From IMG/VR virus record IMGVR_UViG_2902975652_000003: DNA of 64,000 bases. One strand, given 5' to 3'. Every line of letters starts with the position of its first letter. Within the stretch, counting starts at the first letter, position 1. Source of the DNA: an uncultured virus (IMG/VR IMGVR_UViG_2902975652_000003). Lineage: Duplodnaviria; Heunggongvirae; Uroviricota; Caudoviricetes. The notes under the pieces were generated by a model. It saw only the letters and a list, made by a program, of their open reading frames with translations. It ran no database searches and was not told the DNA's origin. The translations under genes were made by a program, and so were the position numbers. Positions 38,778-48,207 of this stretch are shown piece after piece.

Positions 38778-39281
38778 ATGTACGATTATAAAGTTTCTGT
38801 ACGCAACTACTTAGATGCCGCATGTCGTGATTTTGTGCAGGCTCATAACATCACTGCGGTTGCTAAGGCCGTTGGTATGCATCCTGCTACATTGCGCCAC
38901 AAACTTAACCCGGAACAGCCTCACCAATTATCGCTTTCTGAGCTTATAGCGATCACTGATTACACCGAGGATTCCCGGATTCTTGATGGCCTGCTGCGTC
39001 AGATTAATTGTCAGCCATCCGTTCCCATCAATAACGCGACGCCGGGAAACATGCAGCTTTGCGCGCTGACCGCTGCGGCCAGCGTGGGGGCGATAGCCGG
39101 TGAGGCTGTATCAACTGAGCACATGAGCGCCGCGCGCCGTAACCACATCCTTGATAAAGCACGCGATGCTATCCGCAGCCTTTCACTGCTTGCTTACACG
39201 GTTGAAAACCGTATCCATTCCGCGCCCGTTCTGGCTGCTGCCGTCGATATCGTGACCGGCAGCGCTACCGGCCTGATGTAA
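38778..39281 (+). CDS. cII: CII activator
   Basis: MYDYK..LRHKLNPEQPHQL. Confidence 0.9.
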   Translation: MYDYKVSVRNYLDAACRDFVQAHNITAVAKAVGMHPATLRHKLNPEQPHQLSLSELIAITDYTEDSRILDGLLRQINCQPSVPINNATPGNMQLCALTAAASVGAIAGEAVSTEHMSAARRNHILDKARDAIRSLSLLAYTVENRIHSAPVLAAAVDIVTGSATGLM

Positions 39282-39292
39282 GGGGGGGCACT

Positions 39293-39484
39293 ATGCGACC
39301 TTTCGTTACTTATCTGACCGAGCAGTCACCCAGCCCGCAGCTGAATGCCTTTAGCCACGGCTGGATTGAGCTGCCGAACGGGCAGCGCTGGAACCCGGCG
39401 GCCCGTTACAAATTCACGGGTAAAAGCCTGCGCCGCCCACTGTGGCGACGTTTACTGAATATCAAAGGGGGTAAGCGTGGCTGA
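39293..39484 (+). CDS. DUF2724/Fil-like small protein
   Basis: HGWIELPNGQRWNP, homologous to 7586-7786. Confidence 0.7.
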   Translation: MRPFVTYLTEQSPSPQLNAFSHGWIELPNGQRWNPAARYKFTGKSLRRPLWRRLLNIKGGKRG

Positions 39485-39893
39485 TAACAAAGAATGGCTT
39501 GCCCGTATCCGCAGGCAGATTAACCCCAGCCATTCCGCCGCGGCGGATTTTTGGGATTCGTTGCAGCCTGAATGGCGCGGTGTGGTTCTCCATGCCGCGG
39601 CGATTTCCGGCACCTGTGAACTAAAAGCCACCCTGGCGAAATGCAGCTGGAGTGAGCTGTATGCGCGCGTTGGGGTTCGTGGAATGACGCAGATCCGCAC
39701 CGGCATACAGCTGGCGCGTAACACCTTTGGCGGCTTTGGCTCACTACGCCGTGATGATTTTTTGCCACGCACCGCTAACCGTCAGGAAAAGCCGTGTGTG
39801 CCGGTTAAGAACGGCCCGGAAATGATTATTGCGCCGCAGATACTCCAGATAATGGAGCAGCGCGCGCAGCTGCATAACAACACAGGAAACTGA
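39477..39893 (+). CDS. Hypothetical early protein
   Basis: Coupled ORF in early operon. Confidence 0.65.
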   Translation: MADNKEWLARIRRQINPSHSAAADFWDSLQPEWRGVVLHAAAISGTCELKATLAKCSWSELYARVGVRGMTQIRTGIQLARNTFGGFGSLRRDDFLPRTANRQEKPCVPVKNGPEMIIAPQILQIMEQRAQLHNNTGN

Positions 39894-39896
39894 GCA

Positions 39897-40298
39897 ATGA
39901 CGATTATCGCGGTAGAAAAAGAGTGTTTGATGCAGGAAATGGCAGCATGGCGCGTGCCGATGAATTATGTGCGCGCCTTCACTGCCAAAAGTACCCAGGA
40001 AGGCGGCCTGATTGGTCTTGATCCGTTTTTCTTCAACGACACGGAGCATCTGATCAGCCCTCGTCACTGGCTGGCCATTCAGGCTGCATTCTGGTGTTGC
40101 GCTTACCGTGAGGCAGAAGCGCGGGAAGCACAGATTGAGGCTCTTGCTGGCGTAAGGGCCATATTTTACACGGCGGGCGCGCTGGGCGTCGGCGAAATAA
40201 CAGCAATGATCCAGGCGTGGTGGCGCGCGGCTTATCCGGTTCACCTGGTGCCAGCCCCGAACCATTCAGCTGCTGTAACTCCTCCCATTTTTCATTAA
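39897..40298 (+). CDS. Hypothetical early protein
   Basis: Coupled ORF in early operon. Confidence 0.65.
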   Translation: MTIIAVEKECLMQEMAAWRVPMNYVRAFTAKSTQEGGLIGLDPFFFNDTEHLISPRHWLAIQAAFWCCAYREAEAREAQIEALAGVRAIFYTAGALGVGEITAMIQAWWRAAYPVHLVPAPNHSAAVTPPIFH

Positions 40299-40364
40299 TT
40301 AACCCGGTAATGCACAGGCCACACATGATGTGGCCGGGCATTCCTTTGCCTTGAGGAAACCCAA

Positions 40365-40598
40365 ATGAAAATGATTCGTAAGGATTTAAACGCCACGACG
40401 CCAGCCGCTGACATGATGGCCATGTTGGCTAAAGCGACACAGGAAGGTAAGGCAGTCGCCGCCGATTTATGTTCCACCCGTCTGGATAAACTGGCGACCT
40501 ATGCCGCTAACGAAGGCTTAAGCGCTGCTGAAATTGTGGAGCTTATCCGCGAAGAAGCTGCCGCAATTACGAGCAAGGGCGGTGCAGCATGGCAGTAA
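40365..40598 (+). CDS. DUF2732 family protein
   Basis: RLDKLA..EIVELIREEA; SD GAGGA. Confidence 0.75.
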   Translation: MKMIRKDLNATTPAADMMAMLAKATQEGKAVAADLCSTRLDKLATYAANEGLSAAEIVELIREEAAAITSKGGAAWQ

Positions 40599-40831
40599 AA
40601 ACCAGGCGTATGAAAGTATCCGAGGCGCAAATGACTTTTATGCGCGGCATAGCGGGTGAGAAGGGGGTCTATGTTCCCCGATATCCAACCAGCCGAACAG
40701 GTCTTGCTTTAGCTAAAAAAGGGTTAGTTCAATTCCACTGGGGGGCTAATCGCTGGGGTTTAACTTATGAAGGGTTGCAGTTTCTGGGAATTATAGGTGA
40801 AGAAGCTGCGAGCGAAGGCGGTGTAGCATGA
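40589..40831 (+). CDS. Hypothetical protein
   Basis: 80 aa overlapping both neighbours. Confidence 0.6.
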   Translation: MAVKTRRMKVSEAQMTFMRGIAGEKGVYVPRYPTSRTGLALAKKGLVQFHWGANRWGLTYEGLQFLGIIGEEAASEGGVA

Positions 40832-41691
40832 CCAAACCTATTAAAACACCGCTTAAATGGGTGGGCAGCAAAGTGCGCCTTATGCCGCAGCTGCGTGACC
40901 ATTTGCCGGAAGGCAAACGCCTGGTTGAGCCGTTCGCGGGTTCGTGCGCCGTCATGATGAATACTGATTATGACGAATACCTGATCGCTGATTTGAACCC
41001 GGATTTAGTCAATCTTTATAAGGCGATGGCCTACCATACCGACGCGTTTCTAATGGAGCTTGAATCCCTGTTTTCTGCCGGGGAGTTAGGTGAACAGGAG
41101 AGCCGCGCGATTTTTTATTATGCCGTTCGGGACGCATTTAATTTGTCCGGAAAAGGGGGGGGAGCTGAAAGTGTTGTAGCCGCTGCCCGTTTCATGTACC
41201 TGAACCGCCACGGCTTTAACGGGCTTTGCCGTTACAATCGCCGTGGCCAGTTCAATGTTCCGTTCGGGAAGTACAAGAAAAATTATTTCCCGCTTAAAGA
41301 AGTCCGCGCATTTGCTGAAAAGGCAAAGCGCGCGACGTTCATCACCGCGCATTATTCCGAAACGCTGAGTCTGGTTCGCGCCGGGGATGTGGTCTATTGC
41401 GATCCGCCATACCTGACGGAATCAGGGAATTTCACGTCATACACTGAAAGCGGCTTTTCACATCTTGATCAGGGGCGGCTGGCCAGAAAGTTGCGCCGTC
41501 TTGCTGAAAAGGGCGTGAGTATTGTCGCGTCAAACAGCGATCTGGAAATGGTGCATTACCTTTACGCCGGGTTTGAAGCGGTGAGGGTTAGCGCACCTCG
41601 CAGCGTTGGGGCCGCAGCTGGTAGCCAGAAAAAGGCCGCAGAGCTGATTTTAAAAGGCCCGTTTAGCACCGCCGTTGAGGCAAGCGCATGA
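40828..41691 (+). CDS. dam: DNA adenine methyltransferase (orphan)
   Basis: LKWVGSK, EPFAGS, DPPY. Confidence 0.95.
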   Translation: MTKPIKTPLKWVGSKVRLMPQLRDHLPEGKRLVEPFAGSCAVMMNTDYDEYLIADLNPDLVNLYKAMAYHTDAFLMELESLFSAGELGEQESRAIFYYAVRDAFNLSGKGGGAESVVAAARFMYLNRHGFNGLCRYNRRGQFNVPFGKYKKNYFPLKEVRAFAEKAKRATFITAHYSETLSLVRAGDVVYCDPPYLTESGNFTSYTESGFSHLDQGRLARKLRRLAEKGVSIVASNSDLEMVHYLYAGFEAVRVSAPRSVGAAAGSQKKAAELILKGPFSTAVEASA

Positions 41692-43706
41692 GCATTGCGC
41701 CTAATGGCCAGCATCACGCCGTCAATGAATGGCGGCGTGAGCATTTTGCGCGTGGCGTGCCGCGTGACGTGACGCTGACAGAGCGTAAGCTGTGGCAGAC
41801 CAATCCCGCCGATCATGAATTCCGCGCGCAGTATCTTCACGAAATGCCCGACTGGTTGGCCGGGTATTTCGGCCAGCGTTATGAAGCCCTGTTTAATGGC
41901 CGCGACGGGCGTCGCCGTGCCAATACTTTTTTGCGCCAGACCATTGGCCAGAATGTATTGCCACGTCTGCGCAAAGTATCAGAGCGCTATCGTATGCGCG
42001 CAGATGAAAACGATCTGCCTTTCGGTAAGGCGCTGGCGCGTCTGCCTTCCCTTGACCGCCGGGAGGTCAAAGAGCTTTCTGCGAAGGTGGCCAGCTGGAT
42101 GGCGCAGTCGTTTTATGAGTTCACCGACACACTCAAAGGCAAGCCCAAAGACGAAAAAGAAATGCGCCAGCGTACGTATGATGCATATATTCGGCTTTCT
42201 GACCTTGCCACATTCATTGGTTTTACAGCGCCCTACTGGGCCACTTTCAAGGCTGACAAGCTGACCACTCGCCAGGCGGAATGTGGTCTGCTGCGCATGA
42301 TGGCCCCGGCGTGGTGGTACGCGAAGATTAAGCGCGCCCGCGACGTGCAGCGCGAACATATGGCCATTGCCGTGGGGCAGGTGCAGAAGGCGGCCAGTGC
42401 TTATGTGTCGCGCGGTGCGCTCAATGAATGGACGGAGCAAAAGCGACGCAACGCGGAGTTTTTTAAGAAGTTCGACCTGATGAATGAGGACGGCGATCGG
42501 GTTTCGCTGGCTGATAAGGTTTATGGCAGCGTGGCCAATCCTGCGGTGCGCCGCTGTGAACTGATGGTGCGGATGCGCGGCTTTGAAGATATCGCCAACG
42601 AAACCGGCATGGCGGGTGAGTTCTACACCATCACGGCACCTTCGCGCTATCACTCAGTACACAGCAAGGGCGGCTTTGTGTCGCAGTGGAATGGCTGCAA
42701 CCCGCAGGACACACAACGCTACCTGTGCGGCGTCTGGGCAAAGGCCCGCGCCGCGCTTTCCCGCGCTGGTATTCACGTTTTCGGTTTCCGTGTGGTTGAG
42801 CCTCACCATGACGGCACGCCACACTGGCACATGCTGCTTTTCATGCGCCCGCAGGATGTTGATGCGGTGCGCGATATTCTTTGCTATCACGCCCGCATCA
42901 CAGATTCAGAAGAACTAAATACACCCCACGCGCTTAAGGCGCGTTTTCATGTTGAGCCTATCGATCCGGAAAAGGGGTCGGCTACCGGCTACATCGCCAA
43001 ATACATTTCAAAAAACATTGATGGTTTTGCCCTTGATGGCGAAAAAGACGGCGAAACCGGCGAGAGCCTGCGCGATATGGCTAAAGCTGTAAGTGCCTGG
43101 GCATCCCGCTGGCGTATCCGCCAGTTTCAGCAGATTGGCGGCGCGCCGGTGACGGTCTGGCGTGAGCTGCGCCGTTTGCGTGGTCAGCAACTGGCCGATC
43201 CGCGTATGGATGCTGTTTTAGCTGCGGCGGATATCGCCAGCGACTGGGCATCGTATACGGAATTACAGGGCGGGCCACTGGTGGCGCGCCGCGATCTCGT
43301 TGTGCGTCTCGCATATGAAATTACCGAACAGGGCAACGAATACGGCGAGGATGTGCAGCGCGTTCAGGGCATCTATTCCCCGCATGTTCAGGGGTCGGAA
43401 GTCGCCACGCGCCTGGTGAAGTGGGCGATTGTGCCGAAGTTGGCCGAAGCGTCAGCGGAGGCTGGTTTTTCTGGCGGCGCAGCCGCCCCTTGGAGTTCTG
43501 TCAATAACTGTACGGGGGGAACCCGCCGGCGATTAACGATAGAACTGCAAAAACGCGGTTTTGATGGCAGCGATCTGGAAATTAACGCCCTGCTAAGAGG
43601 TAGCAGTCTCGCGCTGGGATACGGCAGAGCGCTTATTTACCGAAACGGGGAGCTGCGCGAGCGGCGTCCTCAGCCAGAGAATGAATCATGGCCGGGCTGG
43701 GGTTAA
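41688..43706 (+). CDS. gpA: Rolling-circle replication endonuclease
   Basis: [23 protein letters not shown]. Confidence 0.95.
   Translation: MSIAPNGQHHAVNEWRREHFARGVPRDVTLTERKLWQTNPADHEFRAQYLHEMPDWLAGYFGQRYEALFNGRDGRRRANTFLRQTIGQNVLPRLRKVSERYRMRADENDLPFGKALARLPSLDRREVKELSAKVASWMAQSFYEFTDTLKGKPKDEKEMRQRTYDAYIRLSDLATFIGFTAPYWATFKADKLTTRQAECGLLRMMAPAWWYAKIKRARDVQREHMAIAVGQVQKAASAYVSRGALNEWTEQKRRNAEFFKKFDLMNEDGDRVSLADKVYGSVANPAVRRCELMVRMRGFEDIANETGMAGEFYTITAPSRYHSVHSKGGFVSQWNGCNPQDTQRYLCGVWAKARAALSRAGIHVFGFRVVEPHHDGTPHWHMLLFMRPQDVDAVRDILCYHARITDSEELNTPHALKARFHVEPIDPEKGSATGYIAKYISKNIDGFALDGEKDGETGESLRDMAKAVSAWASRWRIRQFQQIGGAPVTVWRELRRLRGQQLADPRMDAVLAAADIASDWASYTELQGGPLVARRDLVVRLAYEITEQGNEYGEDVQRVQGIYSPHVQGSEVATRLVKWAIVPKLAEASAEAGFSGGAAAPWSSVNNCTGGTRRRLTIELQKRGFDGSDLEINALLRGSSLALGYGRALIYRNGELRERRPQPENESWPGWG
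43482..43511 (+). other. Putative replication origin within rep
   Basis: GCCGCCCCTTGGAGTTCTGTCAATAACTGT, P2 ori-like. Confidence 0.7.
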
Positions 43707-43784
43707 CGCAATGTTTCATATGGCGATTTACTAACAAATAGTTGCCTTATGAAATCATTGTTTACAGGTGTTTTTAAGGTAATA

Positions 43785-43804
43785 TACTGTTTATATGTAC
43801 AGTA
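43785..43804. promoter_or_regulatory. LexA (SOS) box
   Basis: taCTGtttatatgtaCAGta; TTTACA..TATACT promoter overlaps. Confidence 0.9.
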
Positions 43805-43824
43805 TTTTATGGAAGGGAGGGGCC

Positions 43825-44049
43825 GTGCGGGATCTGTTGTTAGAAACTGTTGAATTACAGCGCATCATCTTGTTTACGAAGTTAGTAGCTAACGGTGATT
43901 GTACAAATAGCGAGAAAGAACTGGCGTTACAGTGGCTCGGGGAAATGACCGGTTCGCTGGAAAGAAACCTTAAGCAGTACCATACAGATAAAGAAAACCC
44001 CCATGAAAGGGGGTCGCATGACTCACGCAGCGGGCGCGGCTTTCAGTAA
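43825..44049 (+). CDS. tum: Tum/TumA-like antirepressor
   Basis: LLETVELQRI..EKELALQWLGEM; GTG start after GGAGG; behind LexA box. Confidence 0.68.
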   Translation: MRDLLLETVELQRIILFTKLVANGDCTNSEKELALQWLGEMTGSLERNLKQYHTDKENPHERGSHDSRSGRGFQ

Positions 44050-44292
44050 ATCCAGCGCCATTTGTTTTTGATCCGGCGACAGGGCGCTTAAGATTTTTTG
44101 CACCATCGCGTCGCCGGTTTTCGCGCTTGGGCTGAGGGTGTGTGAGAACGTCAGATTCATTACGAAAGTATGGCCACACTCCACGTCAGCGCAGGCGCAA
44201 TAAATATCCGAGATCTGCCGGTGCTTCCGGTTGGTTTTACGAATAACAGCCTTAGAGCCGCATTCCGGACATTCGATTTTTAAAACGCGCAT
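44023..44292 (-). CDS. ogr: Ogr/Delta-like zinc-finger activator
   Basis: CPECGSKA..YCACADVECGHTF..SPSA. Confidence 0.88.
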   Translation of the reverse strand: MRVLKIECPECGSKAVIRKTNRKHRQISDIYCACADVECGHTFVMNLTFSHTLSPSAKTGDAMVQKILSALSPDQKQMALDLLKAAPAA

Positions 44293-44342
44293 ATTCCATG
44301 CTCCAGCTGTCAAAATATGCCTGGATTTTAACCTTTTTCGCA

Positions 44343-45383
44343 TCAGGATGCACCTTCCCGGCCCGCTTCCAGGTAGCTTAAATCGAAATTAAGGTAAAGG
44401 CGTTCCGGCACCTCCGGATCGGTGTTTACCGCCTGCATAAACCGGCGCTGGATAGGGGCCACCTCGTTCTTTTTATACGTCCTCTCTGCTTTCTCAACGT
44501 CACCCAGACCGGCCGCATTTTCCGGGATGATACCGGCGAGACCTGCCGGGAACCGGTGGGCGTTCAGCACGTCCTGCGCACTGATGTTTTTTACGCTGGC
44601 AAACTCATCCTTTGCGGAAATATCCCCCATCTGAATAAACTGCACGCCTTCTTTATCGCCGCCCGGAATGTTCACCAGAATGGTGGAGAAGTTGCCGATG
44701 CCTTTGCTGTCACGCAGCTGGCGTTCGATTTCTTCTTCCATCTCATCGGTCAGGCTGGGATCGCGCGTGTAGAGAATGCCGCCGGTGTGTGCGCCGTTGT
44801 GGTAATAGCGGCGGCGAAAAATCACCGCCTCACTGTTCAGCAGGGCGGAGTGAATGCCGCCGATGTAGTCCGGCAGGCCATAGATGTGCTGCTGCGGGTC
44901 ATACATCTTGATGAAAATAATATCCTCCTGCGGGTAAACAATCGGCTCGCCATCCTGCAGTACGACAAATTCACCGGTTTTACGGCGGCGGGTGTAGAGC
45001 CCCGGCAGCGGTGCCAGGCCGATCACGTCGCCCCAGCCGTTGCGCACCTTCAGAATGGCCACGTCGCCGAACGTCAGAAAATCAAAGGCACCCGCTTCCA
45101 TCTCATCGCGCGACAGCCCGCCGCCCTGATAATCCGCCAGAACCATGTTTTTACGGGCATGAATGATGCCACCGTGCTGGCCGTTCAGGTTAATAAGCTG
45201 CGCCAGCGCCAGCCGGTCAATGGGCAGCGTGTAGTGTTCGGCGTCATTGTCATACCACACATCGCGGTAATCGGTGCCGGTGGTCAGTACCGGTTCGGGT
45301 TTGCCGAAGCGCAGAATGCTCATGCTGCGCGCCGGTTTGCTGCTGTCCTTGCGCTTTGCGGCGCGGAATTTCTTCTTACTCAT
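44343..45383 (-). CDS. Portal protein
   Basis: QHIYGLPDY, AHRFPAGLAG. Confidence 0.94.
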   Translation of the reverse strand: MSKKKFRAAKRKDSSKPARSMSILRFGKPEPVLTTGTDYRDVWYDNDAEHYTLPIDRLALAQLINLNGQHGGIIHARKNMVLADYQGGGLSRDEMEAGAFDFLTFGDVAILKVRNGWGDVIGLAPLPGLYTRRRKTGEFVVLQDGEPIVYPQEDIIFIKMYDPQQHIYGLPDYIGGIHSALLNSEAVIFRRRYYHNGAHTGGILYTRDPSLTDEMEEEIERQLRDSKGIGNFSTILVNIPGGDKEGVQFIQMGDISAKDEFASVKNISAQDVLNAHRFPAGLAGIIPENAAGLGDVEKAERTYKKNEVAPIQRRFMQAVNTDPEVPERLYLNFDLSYLEAGREGAS

Positions 45384-47158
45384 GCGGATTGTCTGAGCCT
45401 CCAACGCGATTTGGGTCGGTTTTCATAGTTAAGGGGTTCGTTATGCAGGGCGTGCGCGATGGCCCAGAACGCCTCGGCGTGTCCGGTGTCCGTGGTACGG
45501 TCTGCGACAAAGGTCATTGCGCCACCGGCCTGCGTGGTGGTGCGGCGGATGGCCATAAAGCTGGCCGGAATTTCTTTCAGATCCTTATCCCACTCGATGC
45601 GCTGGCTTTCCACCACGTCAGCGGCCTTGAGTACCAGCTGGTTTTTGGTGTTGCGGTCATAGCGGATTGGCACGGCGACGCGCAGCGCAAAGTGCTGAAT
45701 GTTGTCAAAGACACCCTGGCCGATGCCGGTCACATCAACGCCCAGGTAAGCGAAGTTGTATTTTTTGAAAAGCTGCTCAATTTGTTTGGCCTGCCAGCGG
45801 AAATTCATGCCTTTCCAGTTGAACACCCGCAGCACGCGGAATTTCTCACCGGCAAACAGCGGCGGGGCGACAATCACAAAGCAGGAAAAATCACCGCTGC
45901 GGGCCGGGTCGAACCCGCCCCAGACTTCCCTGTCACCAAAGGGGCGCGGGGCATCAGGTTTGTGATCCTGCCAGGTCTCGGTTTCCACCGCGCAGGCTTC
46001 CAGGTCGCCGTAGCTGAAAACGGAATCCTTACTGTCCACGAACACGCACATGTAGAGCATGTTGAACGTGGTCGGGTTGTAGCGGTTGCGCAGCTTGTCA
46101 ATGCTGGCCAGGTTGAAGCCGCCCGCAATGGCATCTTCCATCGTGATGATGTAGCGCCACTGGCCATCCGGGCAAAGGCGGCCGCCGTCACGCATCTCAT
46201 CAAATGATGGAAACTGAACGGCGGCGCGCTTTTTGCTGCCCTGTTTCCATTCCTCGCCTGTCCAGAACGGGTAAGCCTGGTGCGTTTTGGCCGATGGGGT
46301 GGAAAAGTAGGTGGTGCGCCATTTGTCATGGGTGGCCATCGCTGAGGCCACTTCATTAAGCTTGGCAAAGTTCGGCACCCAGAAATATTCGTCACAATAC
46401 AGGTGACCGCTGTATGACTGTGCCGTGTTTTTGTTGGTGGAGAGAAAACGCAGCTCTGCGCCGTTGCTTAAGCGGATCGGGTTGCCGGTGAGCGTGATGC
46501 CGAAATACTGTTCCGCGATGTTGACAATATAGGAGCGGAAAACCTCCGCCTGCGCTTTGGACGCGGAAAGGAAAATCTGCGGATCGCCCGTCAGCACGGC
46601 GTTTTCAAACGCCTCAAACGCAAAGTACCAGGTGGCACCAATCTGGCGACTTTTAAGGATGTTGCGCACCTGCTGGCCAATGTTGGCGCGCAGGTGTTTC
46701 TGATACCCGAAAAGGTGTTCATCCGCCCAGGCGTTAAAGTCGTCTTCTGACAGCCCGGAAATGTCATTCTTTTTGTATTTGCGTTTGCGCTTTGGCTGGT
46801 CGTCGTCGCTCTCGTCTGCGGTCGCAGCTGCACGCGCAACGCCCTGGCTGGTTGCCAGCTTCTCTTTATGCTTGTTGCTCTGCGCCCGCAGTTTAGTGGC
46901 GTGCGCGATCAGCATGTCCATCTCTTTTAAATCCAGGTCGGTTTTGTTATCCCGCCCGGCAAGCAGCTGATAGCGGCGCTCTATCGCCTCCTCTGTACTT
47001 TCAAAACTGAGTAAATCCGCCCAGCTGTATTTTTCCGCCCAGTAGTAAACGATCCGCGCATTCGGCAGATTTAATTCTGATGCAATTTCTTTCGGCGTAT
47101 AACGGCGCAGATAAAGCGAGCGTACAACGCCTTTTAATTCGTCTGAGTATTTAGCCAT
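45380..47158 (-). CDS. Terminase ATPase subunit
   Basis: KSRQIGAT, LYCDE; start MAKYS. Confidence 0.95.
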   Translation of the reverse strand: MAKYSDELKGVVRSLYLRRYTPKEIASELNLPNARIVYYWAEKYSWADLLSFESTEEAIERRYQLLAGRDNKTDLDLKEMDMLIAHATKLRAQSNKHKEKLATSQGVARAAATADESDDDQPKRKRKYKKNDISGLSEDDFNAWADEHLFGYQKHLRANIGQQVRNILKSRQIGATWYFAFEAFENAVLTGDPQIFLSASKAQAEVFRSYIVNIAEQYFGITLTGNPIRLSNGAELRFLSTNKNTAQSYSGHLYCDEYFWVPNFAKLNEVASAMATHDKWRTTYFSTPSAKTHQAYPFWTGEEWKQGSKKRAAVQFPSFDEMRDGGRLCPDGQWRYIITMEDAIAGGFNLASIDKLRNRYNPTTFNMLYMCVFVDSKDSVFSYGDLEACAVETETWQDHKPDAPRPFGDREVWGGFDPARSGDFSCFVIVAPPLFAGEKFRVLRVFNWKGMNFRWQAKQIEQLFKKYNFAYLGVDVTGIGQGVFDNIQHFALRVAVPIRYDRNTKNQLVLKAADVVESQRIEWDKDLKEIPASFMAIRRTTTQAGGAMTFVADRTTDTGHAEAFWAIAHALHNEPLNYENRPKSRWRLRQSA

Positions 47159-47322
47159 AGCCTTTATTATGCCTGCGCCTTTTTTATAAAACGGTGGCGT
47201 CAGTTCGTACTTATTCGGGAAAGGCGTTATATCCGAACTGATAAGAATAAAGCGGCGTGCGGCGTCGGGTTTATTTCGTAATAATTCATTCCGCAACATG
47301 ATGGCAGGCAATCAGGGGGGAT

Positions 47323-48147
47323 ATGTCGCAATCGCATTTACGCACTGACTGGCTTTGCATCGCAACGGAAGGAGATACGGTTGATGGCCGGGAATTAAAA
47401 AGACAGTGGCTGGTTGATGCTGCTGAAACTTATAACCGGGAGTGGTACGGGGCATTAATCTGGCCCGAGCACGAAAAGAATTGCGGAAACTTTGGTGAGG
47501 TGCTGGATGTAATGGGGGAGGAAGGGGAGGACGGATTATACCGGCTTTATGCTCAGATACGCCCCAATGCTTACCTGCTCGAAGCGAACCGCTATGACCA
47601 GCTTATCTATTTCTCTGTTGAACTGACGCCAGACGGCAATTTTCGCAATACAGGCCGTACCTATCTGGAAGGGCTGGCGGTGACTGACAGACCGGCCAGC
47701 GTGGGAACAACCCGGCTGCGCTTTAACAGGCGCAAGGCCAATAAAGCGGGTTATTACGGATGTGTAATTACCCGCGACGGTAAATTTATTCAGGAAAATG
47801 AAATGAAAAAGAACTGGCAGTCTTATTTTGGTCTTAAACCGAAAACGAAAAACTTTGCCGAGGGCGATGAAACGGAAACGCCATCAGGCGACGATCAGCT
47901 TAATGTGCTGGCTAATGCCGTGAATGAACTGGAAGGCCGTATGGATGCGGTTGAAGTCCAGCTGAAAGAATTGTCCGGCGATATGGATAAGGTGGCCGAA
48001 GTCATGGATACCGAAGATTTCGCGCGCCTGCGTGATAACCTCGGCACCATTCTGGCGAATTTTGGCAAGCTGGATGCAAAAATCACGACGCTGCCGAAGC
48101 GTAATTTTGGTCAGCAGGATAAGAAGCCGCGTTTTAACGTCCTTTAA
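47323..48147 (+). CDS. Capsid scaffolding protein (GPO family)
   Basis: EGDTVDGR, IWPEH, YLEGLAVTDRPAS. Confidence 0.93.
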   Translation: MSQSHLRTDWLCIATEGDTVDGRELKRQWLVDAAETYNREWYGALIWPEHEKNCGNFGEVLDVMGEEGEDGLYRLYAQIRPNAYLLEANRYDQLIYFSVELTPDGNFRNTGRTYLEGLAVTDRPASVGTTRLRFNRRKANKAGYYGCVITRDGKFIQENEMKKNWQSYFGLKPKTKNFAEGDETETPSGDDQLNVLANAVNELEGRMDAVEVQLKELSGDMDKVAEVMDTEDFARLRDNLGTILANFGKLDAKITTLPKRNFGQQDKKPRFNVL

Positions 48148-48207
48148 TTTCGCCTTAACTCCCGTCACCGGGAATTAATTTATATCGCGTTAACGCGAGG
48201 GAAACTT

